From Paragordius varius (taxonomy: Eukaryota > Animalia > Nematomorpha), in the NCBI GenBank assembly GCA_964247055.1, contig OZ176059.1, positions 62,001-126,000 of the forward strand: a DNA stretch of 64,000 nucleotides, given 5' to 3'. The stretch's first letter is position 1. Each line of letters opens with the position of its first letter. The notes beneath the pieces were generated by a model. That model was not told the DNA's origin. It ran no database searches and saw only the letters and a list, made by a program, of their open reading frames with translations. Positions 1-13,149 of the stretch are shown here, piece by piece. Position numbers and translations under genes: made by a program.

Positions 1-1180
1 CTTTGATAATCCTGTTTTATGGCATAAAACTAACGTATCTGATAGGGTTAGTGAGACAGGACTCAAATACTCGTAAAAAATATCTTGGCTTGCATTTTAA
101 GTTTAAAACTATGGAAACTATACAAATTTATACTATAAATGTGAATGAATCTGTTAGAAAAACTACCTCTGTCAAAATAGCTTAACTAAAGAAGCGAGGA
201 GATTATCAACACTCAATAAAAATGATAAATTGCCAACAGAGCCATTAATAAGAGATTTATCGAACCTTATTTTCATCATATCTTATTGCATCTGTCAATT
301 GCCAAACGTAATAATGATAACAGCTCGCGAACAAATACAAAATCCTACACTAATTTTGGTTTCGGACACGTCTGTTCTAATGCTTCACACTATGATAGTA
401 TTTGTTTACATGTTTTGCGACAAAAATTTTCATAAATATTTCCCGCACTGTAAACTTTGATATAAACTGGAATTTAACAAAATAAAATAAATATAGTATT
501 GCTTCTGAAATTTGATGTGATAACATTTAACATCAGTTCCTATCATCCATATTTGAACTGAATGGTGGAACGAGTGAGACATACCCTCAAAACACATTAT
601 CAGGTAGGAGATGACTGTGACTTTCAATCAAAAAATATATAACACCCTTTGGGGATACCGCATTAACATAAACAGTGCTACAAATACATGTCCCGCACAA
701 CTTTTATAAAACAAACTACGCCCCCAATCTAATCACATGCAAAAACAGACTTCTTAAACGATGTACAAGCGAATCACGAATACCATAAAAACGAAAAAGT
801 ATATATAAAAAATGAACTAGCGAATGGTTGGCGAGAAGGAATTGTAAATAAACGACTCGGGTTACTCTCATATAATACGAGATGGTAACAAATCATCGGA
901 AAACGCCGATCAACTGACACCAAGGGAAAGAGGTGAAAGAATGATGGGAAAGACAACTTCGTCCAAAGAAAACCATCATCGCACGACCTATGTGTCAGGT
1001 ACCCTACTGCCACGACCGAGACCCGACCTTACCTCGGCCCCAACTCTCGAAACCCATCATTGAGTTGCCATCCCAACAAACACCCATTATAGCACCTACC
1101 ACTGACACTCATACAGAACAGCGATACCCTACACGAATCCGACACCCACCACATAGATATCAAGGACAGGGAAAGAATTA
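1..1180 (+). mobile_element. Degenerate 3' part of a Ty3/gypsy (Mag-like) LTR retrotransposon: RNase H and integrase remnants plus polypurine tract
   Basis: QNPTLILVSDTS (~340-375) resembles the RNase H start (DP..PLIL..DAS). Bases 525-600 encode SYHPYLN*MVERVRHTLKTHY, matching TSAPYHPRTNGLVERVIYTLKEHY of the element at 21400. The ORF at 990-1226 contains RYPTRIRHPPHRY, a typical pol C-terminus. A purine tract aggacagggaaagaa lies at 1163-1177. Confidence 0.8.
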
Positions 1181-1333
1181 TGTTAAGTTAGATCATACTT
1201 TCGTGGACACAAACGCACCTATATAATTGCAAACAATTATAACTCTTTGTGATACACCCAGTGAATGTTAATTGTAGCTTCAAGCAAAATAGTTAGTATA
1301 TAATTCAAGTTATGTTATATTGCACACATATCA
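1181..1333 (+). repeat. Putative 3' LTR of the element at 1-1180
   Basis: Begins TG 3 bp after the purine tract and ends CA at 1328 or 1333. No second copy lies in the window to confirm it. Confidence 0.55.
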
Positions 1334-3250
1334 GTGGCGCTACGGGGAGCTAGGGGGAGCGATGCGGGGGGCCCAAGGCGAAACAGGGGCCCTTTTTTAT
1401 ATTTTATATTTAATTTGGGGCAAAATTTATTACCTTTTTTTATTTACAGATATGTAAGTAATGATTGCCTGATTGTAAGTATACAGGCAAAGAATAAAGA
1501 GAATAATTATTGATCGAAAGGAAGAAAAAGCGAAAAAATGCATTTATATCATTAATTCAATAAGCGGTTTTATTATGAGTTAACAATTAATAAACACCTT
1601 CAAATTCTCTCCAGTTAACACCTTAAAAAAGTTAAAATAGTTAAAAAATAAATAAATGGGTATAGATATTAACACCAAAAATTAAGTGAAGCTTATAAAT
1701 CTTCAAGCCCGAAATTATTTTTATCGGTTCATGTAGTTTTAATATTATTGAGTTAAAGGAAGAAAGAGTGAAAAATGCATTTTTTCACTATATTTTAAAT
1801 TTTAGCCATAATGATATTGTTTGTTCTTATATTAATTTCTGGCAGTTTTAACACTTGGATACAACACATTCATTTTAGTCCTTCGATTCAAATTGGGGTA
1901 GTTAAATACCCCAGGCCTGTTTAAAATTAAATTTTTTAAAGTATATGGAAGGAATTGATACCATTGCAAAATTTTGCACTTATATAACATTAATAAACCG
2001 AAATATATAAAAAGTTTTATTCAAAAATACTTGATATTACTTATTTAAAGCTAAAACCGAAACGTAAAAATTTTTTGACGTGACATGTGTGAAATTGTAA
2101 AATTAAAAAATAAACCAAAATAAACCCCTTTTTCTATTTCTATCAATGTTAAATTTAATTTATAAAAAAATTAGCTTTAATATTACCCTTAAAATTATAA
2201 ATGAAGACAATATTTTCCAACAAATTTATAAAATAATAATGGCGTCGAAAGAATTCGACATGAAACTTTTATTTCAAAACAAAATATTTAGATATTTTGG
2301 CATATTTATATAATTTTTATTAGGTTAGAAGCATAAATTTAAATTGGCACCGTTTCATTCAGTAGTTTTTTAAAAATCTTGACTCAAATTTAGTCTGGGA
2401 TATTTAGATACCCAATTTGAATCGAAGTGTTAATAGTAAACAAAAAAGGAAGGGAATAGAAAAACATTCATCAATTCTCTAACATGTAATTTCAATTTAT
2501 TTATTTTGATTATACAATATGCAATTTAATGGAGGCTAACTCACATTAATGTTGGCCAACATATTACAGTAAGAGAAATAATAATTTTGTAAAAAATGTT
2601 TTTCATCAGGAATCTGAAATAAGTTTGAGGTATACGTCTTATCAATAAAATATAGTTGTTATGATATTATTAAGGTTTTAACCAATAAAAAATTCTCTAA
2701 GAAATATGAGCGAGATGAAGCTTCTATAATTAAAAAAAAATAAGTAAATTTGAATTATATTTTTTTGCCTATTATTTATCATAGATAAAGTCCATAAAGT
2801 CTTACAACATAATTAAATGATATAGACCTAAAAGAAAAAAATGCTCAATTTTAATACAAACTTATTAAAATATAAAAACTATATGACCGCAAAAAAAGAT
2901 GCCATGGAAATGGCAATAAAATGGGGCATTAAACATGTTTTAGTGATAATATAACACAGACATATTGATGAACATGCCGATGACCATAGATTTAATAATT
3001 AAGATGATAAGTTTCGAGTGAATGTTTTTAATAAAATTTTAGACATTGTAATTTTTTAGTTAAAAAAAAAGATTCGGCATTTTTTTAGAGTAGCGGATAT
3101 TTTTTTCTGCTTCCATCAAAGTTAACTTAAATGAGTGAAGTAGAAATTAATTCAGCTAAAATTAACTAATTAATTATGCAAACCATGGCTTTTTTAACTA
3201 TAGGTCGGGACCCTATTTGGGATCGCGCAGCAAAATTATGGGGTCACCAG
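1332..3250 (+). mobile_element. hAT DNA transposon remnant (ZMYM1-like transposase fragments)
   Basis: The left end cagtggcgcta followed by G-rich subterminal sequence is hAT-like. Bases ~2870-3080 encode AMEMAIKWGIK...HIDEHADDHRF...DKFRVNVFNKILDIV. The right end and target-site duplication (TSD) are not resolved. Confidence 0.65.
1848..2433. mobile_element. TTAA-flanked MITE (piggyBac-like ends), nested in the hAT remnant
   Basis: TTAA-CACTTGGAT...TTCGATTCAAATTGGG at the left end and CCCAATTTGAATCGAAGTG-TTAA at the right end. Related copies lie at ~8478-9030, ~50600-51125 and ~51975-52260. Confidence 0.7.
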
Positions 3251-3254
3251 TGAT

Positions 3255-4308
3255 ATAAATCAGGATGCTGTTAAGGTCGTAATTTATTATGAGCCATGTC
3301 CATAACAGTCGCTTATAAAAATAAATGGATTCCAACTACACAACTTTGTTATTAATAAAAATGGTTATCAACAGGACAAAGTTTAAAAAGATTATTGTTA
3401 TTTAAGACATGATCAAAATAACTGAACGAAAAAGTGAATTTATCAAAATGTGGCTATCTCTGTGTTATTTTTAAGTTTTGCGAAGAATAATCTTAACTTC
3501 TTCTAGGAAAAAATTGCGATATATTTACTTTAAACGATAAAATTATATCAGCATTTGAAACAGTAGGGTTGGAAAAAATTCCTTTGAAATGTTTTATTTT
3601 GTAATTGAGAAATTACACTGTACTATTATTGCAAAAACTATTGTAGATCACTTAAAGCGCTAGAAAAACAGTTCCGGACACAATTTATATTATACATTGA
3701 TTCACAATAAATGGTTTCAAAACCGTTTTGTATTGGTTTAAGTGAGAGCATCTGCCTCTTAAAGCTCAAGAGAAATTTACTAGGCTTTCGTGTGACTCAA
3801 AATTAAAAATACAATTTCAAAAAAGCCCTTGACTGAATTCTGAAACAGAACTAGAACTGAATTTCCCACAATCGCCGATATGGCGTTAAGTGCACTTCTG
3901 CCATTCAACATCACATATTTATATAATAACTTTCTCATCTTTAACACAATCCCAATATTCAGCGATAAAAAATGTTGAAAAGGTCTTACGTCCAGCACTT
4001 TCAAACTTTATACCAAGATATTTAATATTTAACACCCAACTACTTGGATATATTTAAGAGAATTAAGACGGTCAAAATCCACTTTTGTTTTTGAACTATA
4101 ATAAAAACATTTCTATAACATTTTGTGGAAATTTAGTTTTAGAATTTATATGTTTCAAAACGAATTTTAAATTATATATTTTCATATGCATATGTATATT
4201 GTTACCTAATAAATATATCATCAAAAATATTAAATTATTTTCTTTTATATTTGTTGGGATCGTTAAGCAATCATAAATGGGGTCGGGAATTACAAAAAGA
4301 AGCCCTGG
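3255..4308 (+). mobile_element. Charlie/Buster-type hAT transposase 3' half, pseudogenised
   Basis: Frameshifted LKAQEKFTRLSCDSKLKIQF...FPTIADMALSALLPFNITYLY...NVEKVLRPALS matches the ZBED5/SCAND3-like C-terminal dimerisation region. A Charlie-like 3' end (ggggtcggga...gaagccctg) lies at ~4280-4308. Confidence 0.75.
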
Positions 4309-4439
4309 TAAAAGATTTGAGTATTTTCCAATTCAAATAGTGTTTCTAATTACTTAAGGATGAGATCGCTTAAATTAAGAAAGCCGGGCAATTTGCAGAG
4401 CTATTAATTATTAAATACTCAACAGTTTCAGCCAGTTGT

Positions 4440-5448
4440 TTGGACCCACGGGTAACAAGGTAGGCGTTACAATCTCCAGCCACGTGCTTTTCCCAATTAA
4501 TTATATTTGTCCGGTAGCGTACACCATCATCACCTAATGGACATTCAAACTTGCTTGCGTTCGGGCATCATTACCATTCACTATATTAACTCGTCCGCGA
4601 CACCTGCCAAAATGACCTTGTCCTTTGCATCGGTAACACTCTTTGTTTGAAGCGAGACACCAGTTGATCGGATGCACGTACCCACATTTTCCACACTTCT
4701 TTTTTATTATCATCACCTGCTTGTCAGAACTCTGTTCAATCAAACAACTATCCGCCTTTTTGTACGCTATTGCCATTTCTACCACCATCTCCAACGTAAC
4801 AGGTTTTCCATCAAACATTGCATCTGGAATTTCATAAACAGATCTATTTCCAAGCTCTTGAGTTGTAACGCTCCAACAAACCCATCTCTGATTCTTAGTA
4901 TTGCATCTTGCCAAATAATCCCTCACTGATTCCTTGGCTTCATGCGAAGTTGCAAATATTTATAGCTTCTACCAAAGCCTCCCACCCCACTTCTAAGAGT
5001 ACGGGATAAATCTCTTCAACTTTGGAATATGGTATTGGCAGATTTAGGCCAATAACATTTTTTTTGTTTTATCATCTCCTTGAAATAATTTGACTTTTAA
5101 GATTCTATTTATATAATCGTCATGTAAACTAGCTGCGGGATCATATGCTTCGAGACTTAATTCCTTCATGCGCGAATGTAATGAGATAAAAATAATGTGG
5201 TGACTCAAGAAACAATTAAACAATAAAATTTATTGAGATAAATTAACTAAACTATAAAAAATTTGCGATGTTTATATACTTTTTGCGTATATAATATTTA
5301 CATGTTTAAAGGGTAAAATGACGTGTGCGTGTTAAATACAAAAGTGATACAATAGTTTAATTCAAATAGTCTATCAAAAATTTGTTCAAATCCAATATAT
5401 AAATATGCCTAGTCTAAGGTTAGCTAACTGATGTATTCAAATCTATCA
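4440..5448 (-). mobile_element. Truncated second copy of the gypsy element at 19364-22182 (5' LTR, gag, start of protease)
   Basis: The LTR at 5196-5448 reads TGATAGATTTGAATACATCAGTTAGC...TTGAGTCACCACA on the minus strand. The ORF at 4534-4926 is near-identical to the gag end at 20050-20280, including the Cys/His knuckle region CGKCGYVH..CYRCKGQGHF. The primer-binding site (PBS) is deleted. Confidence 0.9.
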
Positions 5449-7037
5449 CCTACCAAACGTTATAGCTATTTAAATTCTAAATTAGTATAGGCTCGCTAGT
5501 ATAAAAACTCAAGACAACATGTAGTAGAGCAGATTTGATATTAATAAGCCTTTCAAAGTTTAAATCAGTCGCTATCGTGCGATTTTATCTAAATGTAAAT
5601 GATTTTTTTATCTTTAAGTCTAGATAGACTAAGATATGCGTATTTTCATTGATGATGAAATGCTAAAACAAGTTAGAATTCTAAAAAACTATATTACTCA
5701 TTTTTTTTATAAAAGTAAACAAACATAATATATATAATATAATAGAGCAGAATGATATTTTACATTATTACTAGAAACAATCATTTTAAAACTTTTATTG
5801 ATAGATTAACAATGAAATATTTGCAATATAATATACAAACGTTTCATTACGAATATATTTTTATAATCAAAAAAGGGCTATTTTCGAATAATTAATAATT
5901 TTCATCTATTTAAACATAATTTAAAAGCAAAGTAAAATATTATCACTTGGATAGGACACTAATTTCAATCCACACAACTGGGCTCTTAAGGAACCCCAGG
6001 CCTGTTTGAAACCCAATATTTATAAAACATGAAACAAATTGAAACCATTTCAAAAGTTTGCACGTATATATAAAGCCAGATTTTTTGAAAAGCGGGACAA
6101 ATGTGAGAAAGGGGGCATGGGGGGTCCAACCAAAAATTTTTATACAAAAAATTTATTGTAATATTTATTTATTTTTGACACAAATACATTATAAATATAC
6201 ACTGTGTGCAAAAAAATTTGAAAATTTTTTTTTCATGAGATAGCTTATGACCAGCGCATTCATTTGCCGCAAAATATTTGTTGACAACCTATTTTTAAAA
6301 TATTGAGAGAAAATCGAAATCGGGCAAAAAGTGAAAATTAAGGATAATTTAAAAACTAGTGATAAAATTTAAAATATTATGGTTTACTATCATTTTAGGA
6401 GACATTTTCAATATATAAATAGCCTAAAATCATATAGTTAGGGTTTCTATAAAATGTCAGCTCAAAAGATAGCGTTTTTCTTTCACTTAATAGACAAAAT
6501 AAATATAATGAAACTATATTAAATAATCAACTAGTTTAAATCTCAAAAAAATTTGCCAAAATATCAAAACACGTTAAAGAAAATGGTCCAATTTGTAAAT
6601 TTGTCAATTTTAACTACGCAAGAAAAATATCGTGTTTCTACGTATGGACATGTATATATTATTTAGGGAAAGTACCGTAAAAATTTAAATTATTCAGACA
6701 AAGTGTAGAAGCAAAAAGAATTATATTTAAAAAATAGGTGAACTTTTGTAACTTGTTAATATGAGTTCTGTGTTGAATGGTAAAGTATGTAACATGTAAA
6801 TTGGTAACACAATCCATGTATGGCTTCATAAGCGATCATTGGAGAAGAAGTATAACTTCTAATCACAATGATAGGCTAAATATCCAAAATATATTGTTTA
6901 ATATATAGTTGCGTTTTCTGCCAATGTTAATTTTAATCGAAAAAGTATGATGAATTGTAAAAAATATCCTTAGGATTTTACATTTTCCCTGTATAATTTT
7001 TATCAATTTTACTGTTAAACAGAAATTATAAGCTTAC

Positions 7038-7237
7038 ATCAAATACTATGGGCGTTGGTGCGACAGCAGCAGCCAGTACTGCTTAAAAATTAAAGCTCGT
7101 GAAATTTGCCGGAACAGTAGTGTTCCTTGTTAAGGTTATAACCCCAGTATTAGCCGCCGCTCCTAAAGTAATTGCTGTTCCAATGGGATCTGTTGTACTT
7201 AACATAGCCATAGGCATAGCTAACGCGTAATTGACTC
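7038..7237 (-). pseudogene. Candidate exon of an unassigned Ala/Thr/Gly-rich gene with an in-frame TAA
   Basis: Bounded by acceptor cag at 7238-7240 and donor gtaagc at 7037. It reads GVNYALAMPMAMLSTTDPIGTAITLGAAANTGVITLTRNTTVPANFTSFNF*AVLAAAVAPTPIVFD and is GC-richer than its flanks. Confidence 0.4.
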
Positions 7238-8195
7238 CTGTATAAATTTGAAAAAATATGTTACAATATACAGACAAATCATAAAAACCTAAAAACAAAT
7301 CTTCTTTGAGAGACAGACTTTTTAAATCCTTACTTTATCTTATATAAATTAATCCTTACATTAGTAAAAACGAAATTGATTGTGTTAGCAGTGATTAAGA
7401 ATTGAAATTATTCCGACAAAGCTTAAATTAATGACAAATATTTTTTTTAAAGACAACCATTCTTTTTAAACTGGATTTTTTAAATTTAGTTATTATTCTA
7501 AATAAAAAAGTATGAAACAGAGATGCAAATTGCTAACATCAACACGATATTATTTTTACGTTTTGTCCGTATAATTTAAATATTTACTTTGTTATTCAAA
7601 AACAATGTCTTATATTAAAACAATCACGTTAACAAAAAGAAAGCTGCCTTTTTAAAAATCATTTGCCTTTATGTTTTAAAATTTGTCGGTATAATTTGAT
7701 ATAATCATTGAAGTTTTGTTTCGCCCACCGAGGTTAACTACATTTATTCGTGTTTCCATATTTTACGCAGCAGCTAACATCGAGACAACTCGGAATTTAT
7801 TTAATTTGTGATTAGACCGAGGCAATGATTAAATAGGAAGCTAGATTATGGCTTTAAAATTTAAGTATGTTGGGGAAAAATTTAGCCATTTTAGAGTCGT
7901 GGTTGTAACACTGTAAATTAGTATAACCTAGAGGAAATATATAATTAGTCAAAAATATTATCATACTTTTTTACAAAATTTTATAGTGAAAAGGATCTGT
8001 TGAAAAATCCAAAAACAGTACATTTGATTTCATTGATATCTTATTTTTTTGATTCAAAAAAGTAGGCTAATTTTGCCCGTTGTTGATAAGATAACAACAA
8101 AATCACTTATATCTTCTGGTATAATCCAAAAAATATAAATTTCAAATGTTTTTTAAGGACAAATACATGGATGATGGTTGAAAAAAAATGTTTAC

Positions 8196-8296
8196 GAATT
8201 GATTTCCACCAAATAAGGCGACACCCAATGTAAATTGACAGGGCGAGCCGGCACCTTTGTTAAATGTTAAAATTGCTGGCGTACTGGCACTAAATT
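8196..8296 (-). CDS. Candidate isolated exon (FSASTPAILTFNKGAGSPCQFTLGVALFGGNQF)
   Basis: Acceptor ttttag, donor gtaaac, an open frame and elevated GC. It could not be linked in phase to neighbouring exons. Confidence 0.35.
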
Positions 8297-8477
8297 CTAA
8301 AATAAATACATTATAAACTACAATTGTACGCTGACAAAACGTAAAAATTTAAAGACAAATATTTATTTCTAAAAGACGATTATTCTTTACAGTTTAATTT
8401 ATCCATTAAAAATTATTTAATTACAAAGTAAAATATATAATTTATTGAGACCAATTTTAAATTTATATTTTGCAATT

Positions 8478-9030
8478 TTACACTTAAATATAACACATTC
8501 TTTTTAGTCTTTCTATTTAAATTGGGGTAGTTGGCCACTTCAGGCCTGTTAAAATTAAATACTATAAAGAATATGAAGGAATCACAACCATGTGTATTTG
8601 CACTCTTATAACATTAATAAACCGAAATATATAAAAAATTTTAATTCAAATATACCTGATATTACTTATTTTCATTAGTAAAAATTTAGTCAACGTAATA
8701 TATGTGAATTGGCTAAATTGAAAAGTAATACTAAATAAACCACTTTTTCTATTTCTATCACGTTAGATTTAATTTAAATAAAAAGTTAGCAATACTTTAA
8801 ACGTTAGCAAATAATTAGGATATTTTGCAAAAATTTTGTAAAATAAAAATGGCGTCGAAATAGTTTGACATGGAACTTTTTTTCAAAACGAAATTTAATT
8901 TACATATTTTGGCTTTTATAATTTTTATTGGGAACAAGTATAAATTTAAATTGGGACCGTTTCCTTCAGTGGTTTTTTAAAAATAAATTTGATCAGAGGC
9001 ATTTAGATACCTCGATTTGAATCGAAAAAT
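8478..9030. mobile_element. Diverged copy of the TTAA-flanked MITE at 1848-2433
   Basis: Collinear similarity: aattggggtagtt...caggcctgtt, aatggcgtcgaaa, atttagatacc..atttgaatcgaa. Confidence 0.75.
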
Positions 9031-10234
9031 TAAACAAGGAGTTATATAAAATAATCAAGTTTTAAAGTATCATTGTCTTTATTTGTCTTTATATTCTTAC
9101 GTTTTGTCCGTATAAATTTGAATTTTTATTGTAAATTGAAATCGTACGGAAAAAATTTAAGATAAATACAATTATTTATTCCAATGATACTTTTTTTAAA
9201 ATTTTATTTTGCAAGCAAAGTATAAAAATGAGATGAATATTGGTAACCAAATTAATTATCTATTTTACAATTATAATTATATTGTTAAATAAATTATATA
9301 GTGATAATTTAGGTTTAATAAAGTTTTGGCTTTTTGTCTTAAGATTTCTAGATTGCTATTTTCCATTTTTAATGTAATTTATCACAAACTATCGGTAGAA
9401 CGAGAGAGCACACAAATCCAAAGAACTTTAATGGAAATTTAAATTTCACTAAGGTAATAACAAAAAAAATATTTTTTTCAAAACGCTGCACATTTTTAGC
9501 TAAATTATAAATATTATTGTTTTGAATTTTCTGTTAAAATGATATTAACTATCAGATGCAAAAAACCCGAGTGGCAGGGAAATTTGTTGTCTAGTACAGA
9601 TGTAAAAGAAATATACTATTTAACTGCCGATGTAAAATCCTAATATTTAGCAGTTTTATATCTTTGATTATGAATTAATAAATGTATGTTTGAAAAATAT
9701 TCTTTTGCTAAAAATTTAAACTAAAATTGAATAGATCTATTTTATTGAACATGCAAAAACCCTGTTAAAAATTAAATTTTTTTTAATATAAGTGTTATCA
9801 CCTCAGGTCAAATTGTTTTTGCTAAATTTCTGACAACAAACAAATTTTTTATTGATAGACTGATTATAAAAACACTCTTTTTCTATACGCGAAAGTGTTG
9901 TTATGCTGCCATAAATATTAACTAAAGTATGCATTTTTCAAAAAAAAATTTTTATATCATCCATTATGTCAATTAGCAATTTTGCTTATAAAGGATATTA
10001 TAGGAGCCAATTTAAGTACTCAGCCATTAGTTTTTCATTTAAAAAATAGTAAATTGCTCAAGAATTCAAATTATTGCACATATATTTTTGATGTATTTTT
10101 TTATTGGTTAATTAATAATAAACTTCCTAATATATTCATATGTTAATCATTTATTATAATAGATATATTGGCCAAAATTTAAAAAAAACTACATTTTTTG
10201 ATAACTGAAAAGTGAAATCTAAACAAATAGGAAT

Positions 10235-12190
10235 TTAACATTGAGCCAAATCTACATAGATCCGGTGAGAGAGGTATTCTGTTGAAGCATGAGCCCCATT
10301 TTTATATATAGGACGAATGATGACTTCATATTCAGAGCTTGGATTCAAGTTGGAGAACCGATACATTCTGCTTTTTAACTATTAATTAAGTTATATATTG
10401 CAAATGTTGCTAATATAAAATATTCTGTTGTAAATACTTACACCAAGATTCCCATGTCGAGCCTTTTCTCCTTCTACATCTGGGCGACTTAATATGATAT
10501 CCAAATTTTCAATCCCATAAGCCTTGGCAAAATGTTCGGAAAGGGGCTCAATATATACAAATAAATCTTTGGTGCGGCCTTCATTAGTAAAAGTAGTGGT
10601 GGCTCGAACAATTTTAGCAAAAGATTTGGAAATGTCTATTTAGTATTCAGGATTAGTTAAGAATTACAAATTAATTAGTGGTATATAAAAAAAATTTTCA
10701 TACCATGCTGTTCAAGGTTATAATCATTTCCATTCACTGACACTAAAAAAGAAGGGATGATAGAAAATAAACATTGATATTTTAAATTCAGCCTTAAAGA
10801 CTTATGAATTACACTTTGACCTTTTATGCCCATAATAAAATAGCTAAACTTTTCAATCGGGATTATATAAATTATTTTTTATGTCACAATTATTTTAAAC
10901 CATTTAAGTTGGTAAATTCATTGACAACCTCAAATGGTTAGTTTTGTATATAGCTTAAACTTAATCTATTCTATTGTTTGATTTTGATTAACATTTAATT
11001 TTAAAACATTGATCTCTAAATGTGCACTATTTTGCCGGTTGTTTTAAATTGCAACAAAAAAATTACGGCGAAATTAATTGCAAAGTATCTTTTTATATTT
11101 TTACGTTATTCGGAAATTTTTTATACGCCCTCCCAAGGCTAAAGAATGCTTTTTAAATTCAGACCAATATAAAAAACTATATAATTATTTATTCTCTCTG
11201 GGAGTACAAAACTACCATAAAGATAATAAAGTGTTAGGCTTAGGAACGTATAATTGGGGATTAACGTTAAGTATCAATTATAATGATTAATACCAAAGGG
11301 TGATTCTCTGTATAAAAAGCCCAATTTAAACGTAAATGGCATATATATTAAAACTACTGCGAAATACCTTTAAATCGCAAGAAATCTGCAAATGATCCTC
11401 TTGAAATATTTTTTTGTGAAGCTGATACCTTTAACATGTACTCTTGCTGTGGTACCAATCTCGGCAACTCAAAATGCTTAGCCTGGATAAATATACGAAA
11501 AGGGTAATATTATATATCACAAAGACAAATAAATTATTTTACATGTAAAGCATTAGCCCAAGTGGGACCATGAGCTAACAAGGAAGTTGCATTGTAATAA
11601 GGCCAAAGTTGGTAGGAATACACCATTGGATTTTTGTTTAATCGGTTAGGTTCATCGAAAGAAGCCATCACAGAATAATGAGGTCGAGACCCAATGCTAA
11701 ATCCAGACAAGCAAAGTCTCAAATTTTGTACACCCATATCTGCTGCCTGTGTAACTCTGCATTCTGATAAACATTAGGTAAATTATTTGATTTATAGGTA
11801 TAGTAGATAGGGCGCCGGACTCTCACACTGCGTGCCTGAGTTCGATCCCCGAAACTACGCATTTTTTCCATCATCACTGTCAGCCCTGGGCAGGCGAGTG
11901 TTAAAGCCTTCACATGTCCGGATACAATTTAAGTCCTTACCCTTTAATAAAAAAAGGAAAAAAGAGACTCTAAACTGTAATATTTATTTGATTTATATCA
12001 ATTAGATTTAATATAATTTGGTAGAGATCTTGCACTTGTTATTATTAACCTATGTTAACTAATAATATTTTATGGTAAGTTAAAAATATATATTACCAAT
12101 ATTGCTGGTTTCTGTCCCTTTAAGCAATCTGCTATCGGATATAGCGATAGAAACGATAAAGAAGGTCAAAAGAGAGGATAGGGTAATCAT
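10235..12190 (-). CDS. Secreted protein with two fibronectin type III-like domains, 268 aa. Exons 12190-12097, 11763-11543, 11482-11368, 10742-10704, 10635-10442, 10378-10235
   Basis: Six GT-AG exons with matching phases sum to 807 nt. The N-terminus MITLSSLLTFFIVSIAIS is signal-peptide-like. FN3-like strand E/F motifs occur twice: FELPRLVPQQEYMLKVSA and YRFSNLNPSSEYEVIIRP. Confidence 0.8.
11790..11925 (+). ncRNA. tRNA-Glu(CTC)-like pseudogene or SINE head in intron 1 of the FN3 gene (antisense to it)
   Basis: A-box-like ggtatagtagatag, anticodon loop ctctcac and B-box gagttcgatcccc are present. The stems are mismatched. It is followed by tttttt and ~60 bp of GC-rich body. Confidence 0.6.
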
Positions 12191-13149
12191 TATAAATTCG
12201 TTTGATTTGACAAAATAATGTGATTTTGGTCATTTATGGCAGCTCTATATATACTTTATCAAATACCTAAATAAATATTTATAATTTTTAAAATATTGGC
12301 AATAATTTTACTTTTTAATGTAGTTTTGGACGCTATCTTGGATACGTAAATATTAAATTTTTTACTATCAAACCCAAAAATTATACTAATATTAATTGAC
12401 GCCAAGTTATATGAATTTATATGTTAATATATAGCGCGTTATTTTTGGCAATGTGTTGGGTAAAAGTGTGCCAAATATATGATATATTTGTTTTTTAGGG
12501 CTTATAAAATGGATTTTTTAAATTTGGATATTAAATAAATTAAACACATGATAAAAAACCATATATATCTATTATATACTGAAATATCGGTGTATGATCA
12601 ATGTGCATATACAGTATGTACATTATGCTGGCCTATTCACCATATTGGCTAATTGGCAACACAATAGTGTATGGATAAAAAGGGCTTCGAGCCGGAACCC
12701 GATTCCTGAGAAACATTCCACTTACCCTCGGTTTCATTTTCTCAGGAACCTACCCGGTTTTAGTTTTAACCGGTGATGAATTAGTTGGCGTTTATTGTTA
12801 ATTATATGGTATTTATTGAAAAAGAACTCTTTTCCTGTTAATTTTAAAATTATCAAAAAATGAATCGAATATAACATTTTTTTCTCAAAACCAATTAAAT
12901 AAGTACCAAGTTAACAATTTTATCGAATATACCCTTACTGGAAGAGCTTCACAGACAAATATAATTTACACGATTTTTTAAATAATAATAACATAACATA
13001 ATTAATATTGCTGTTATAACCATAACCTATAGTGTCCATAATCAATTACCCCAAAAAAAATCAGCCATTATATATAGTGAACAAAGCGCACGCGAATTAA
13101 ACATCTAGATTTTTTAAGCCACACATGTGAGATTACATACGCAATACAT

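Noticed and set aside
1332-1345. TGGCG after the LTR read as the PBS of a second tandem LTR element
   Set aside because: The context cagtggcg plus a G-rich tract matches the other hAT ends in the window, and no gag follows.
11719-11913. 64-aa ORF MKALTLACPGL...
   Set aside because: It runs through the SINE and intron into the wrong frame of exon 2. The phase-consistent FN3 model explains the region better.
12680-12780. Apparent gtaagt donor and GC-rich patch upstream of the FN3 gene
   Set aside because: It contains repeated aaccgg/ggaacc motifs like those at ~18020-18200 and is more likely a transposon end. No coding frame links it to the gene.
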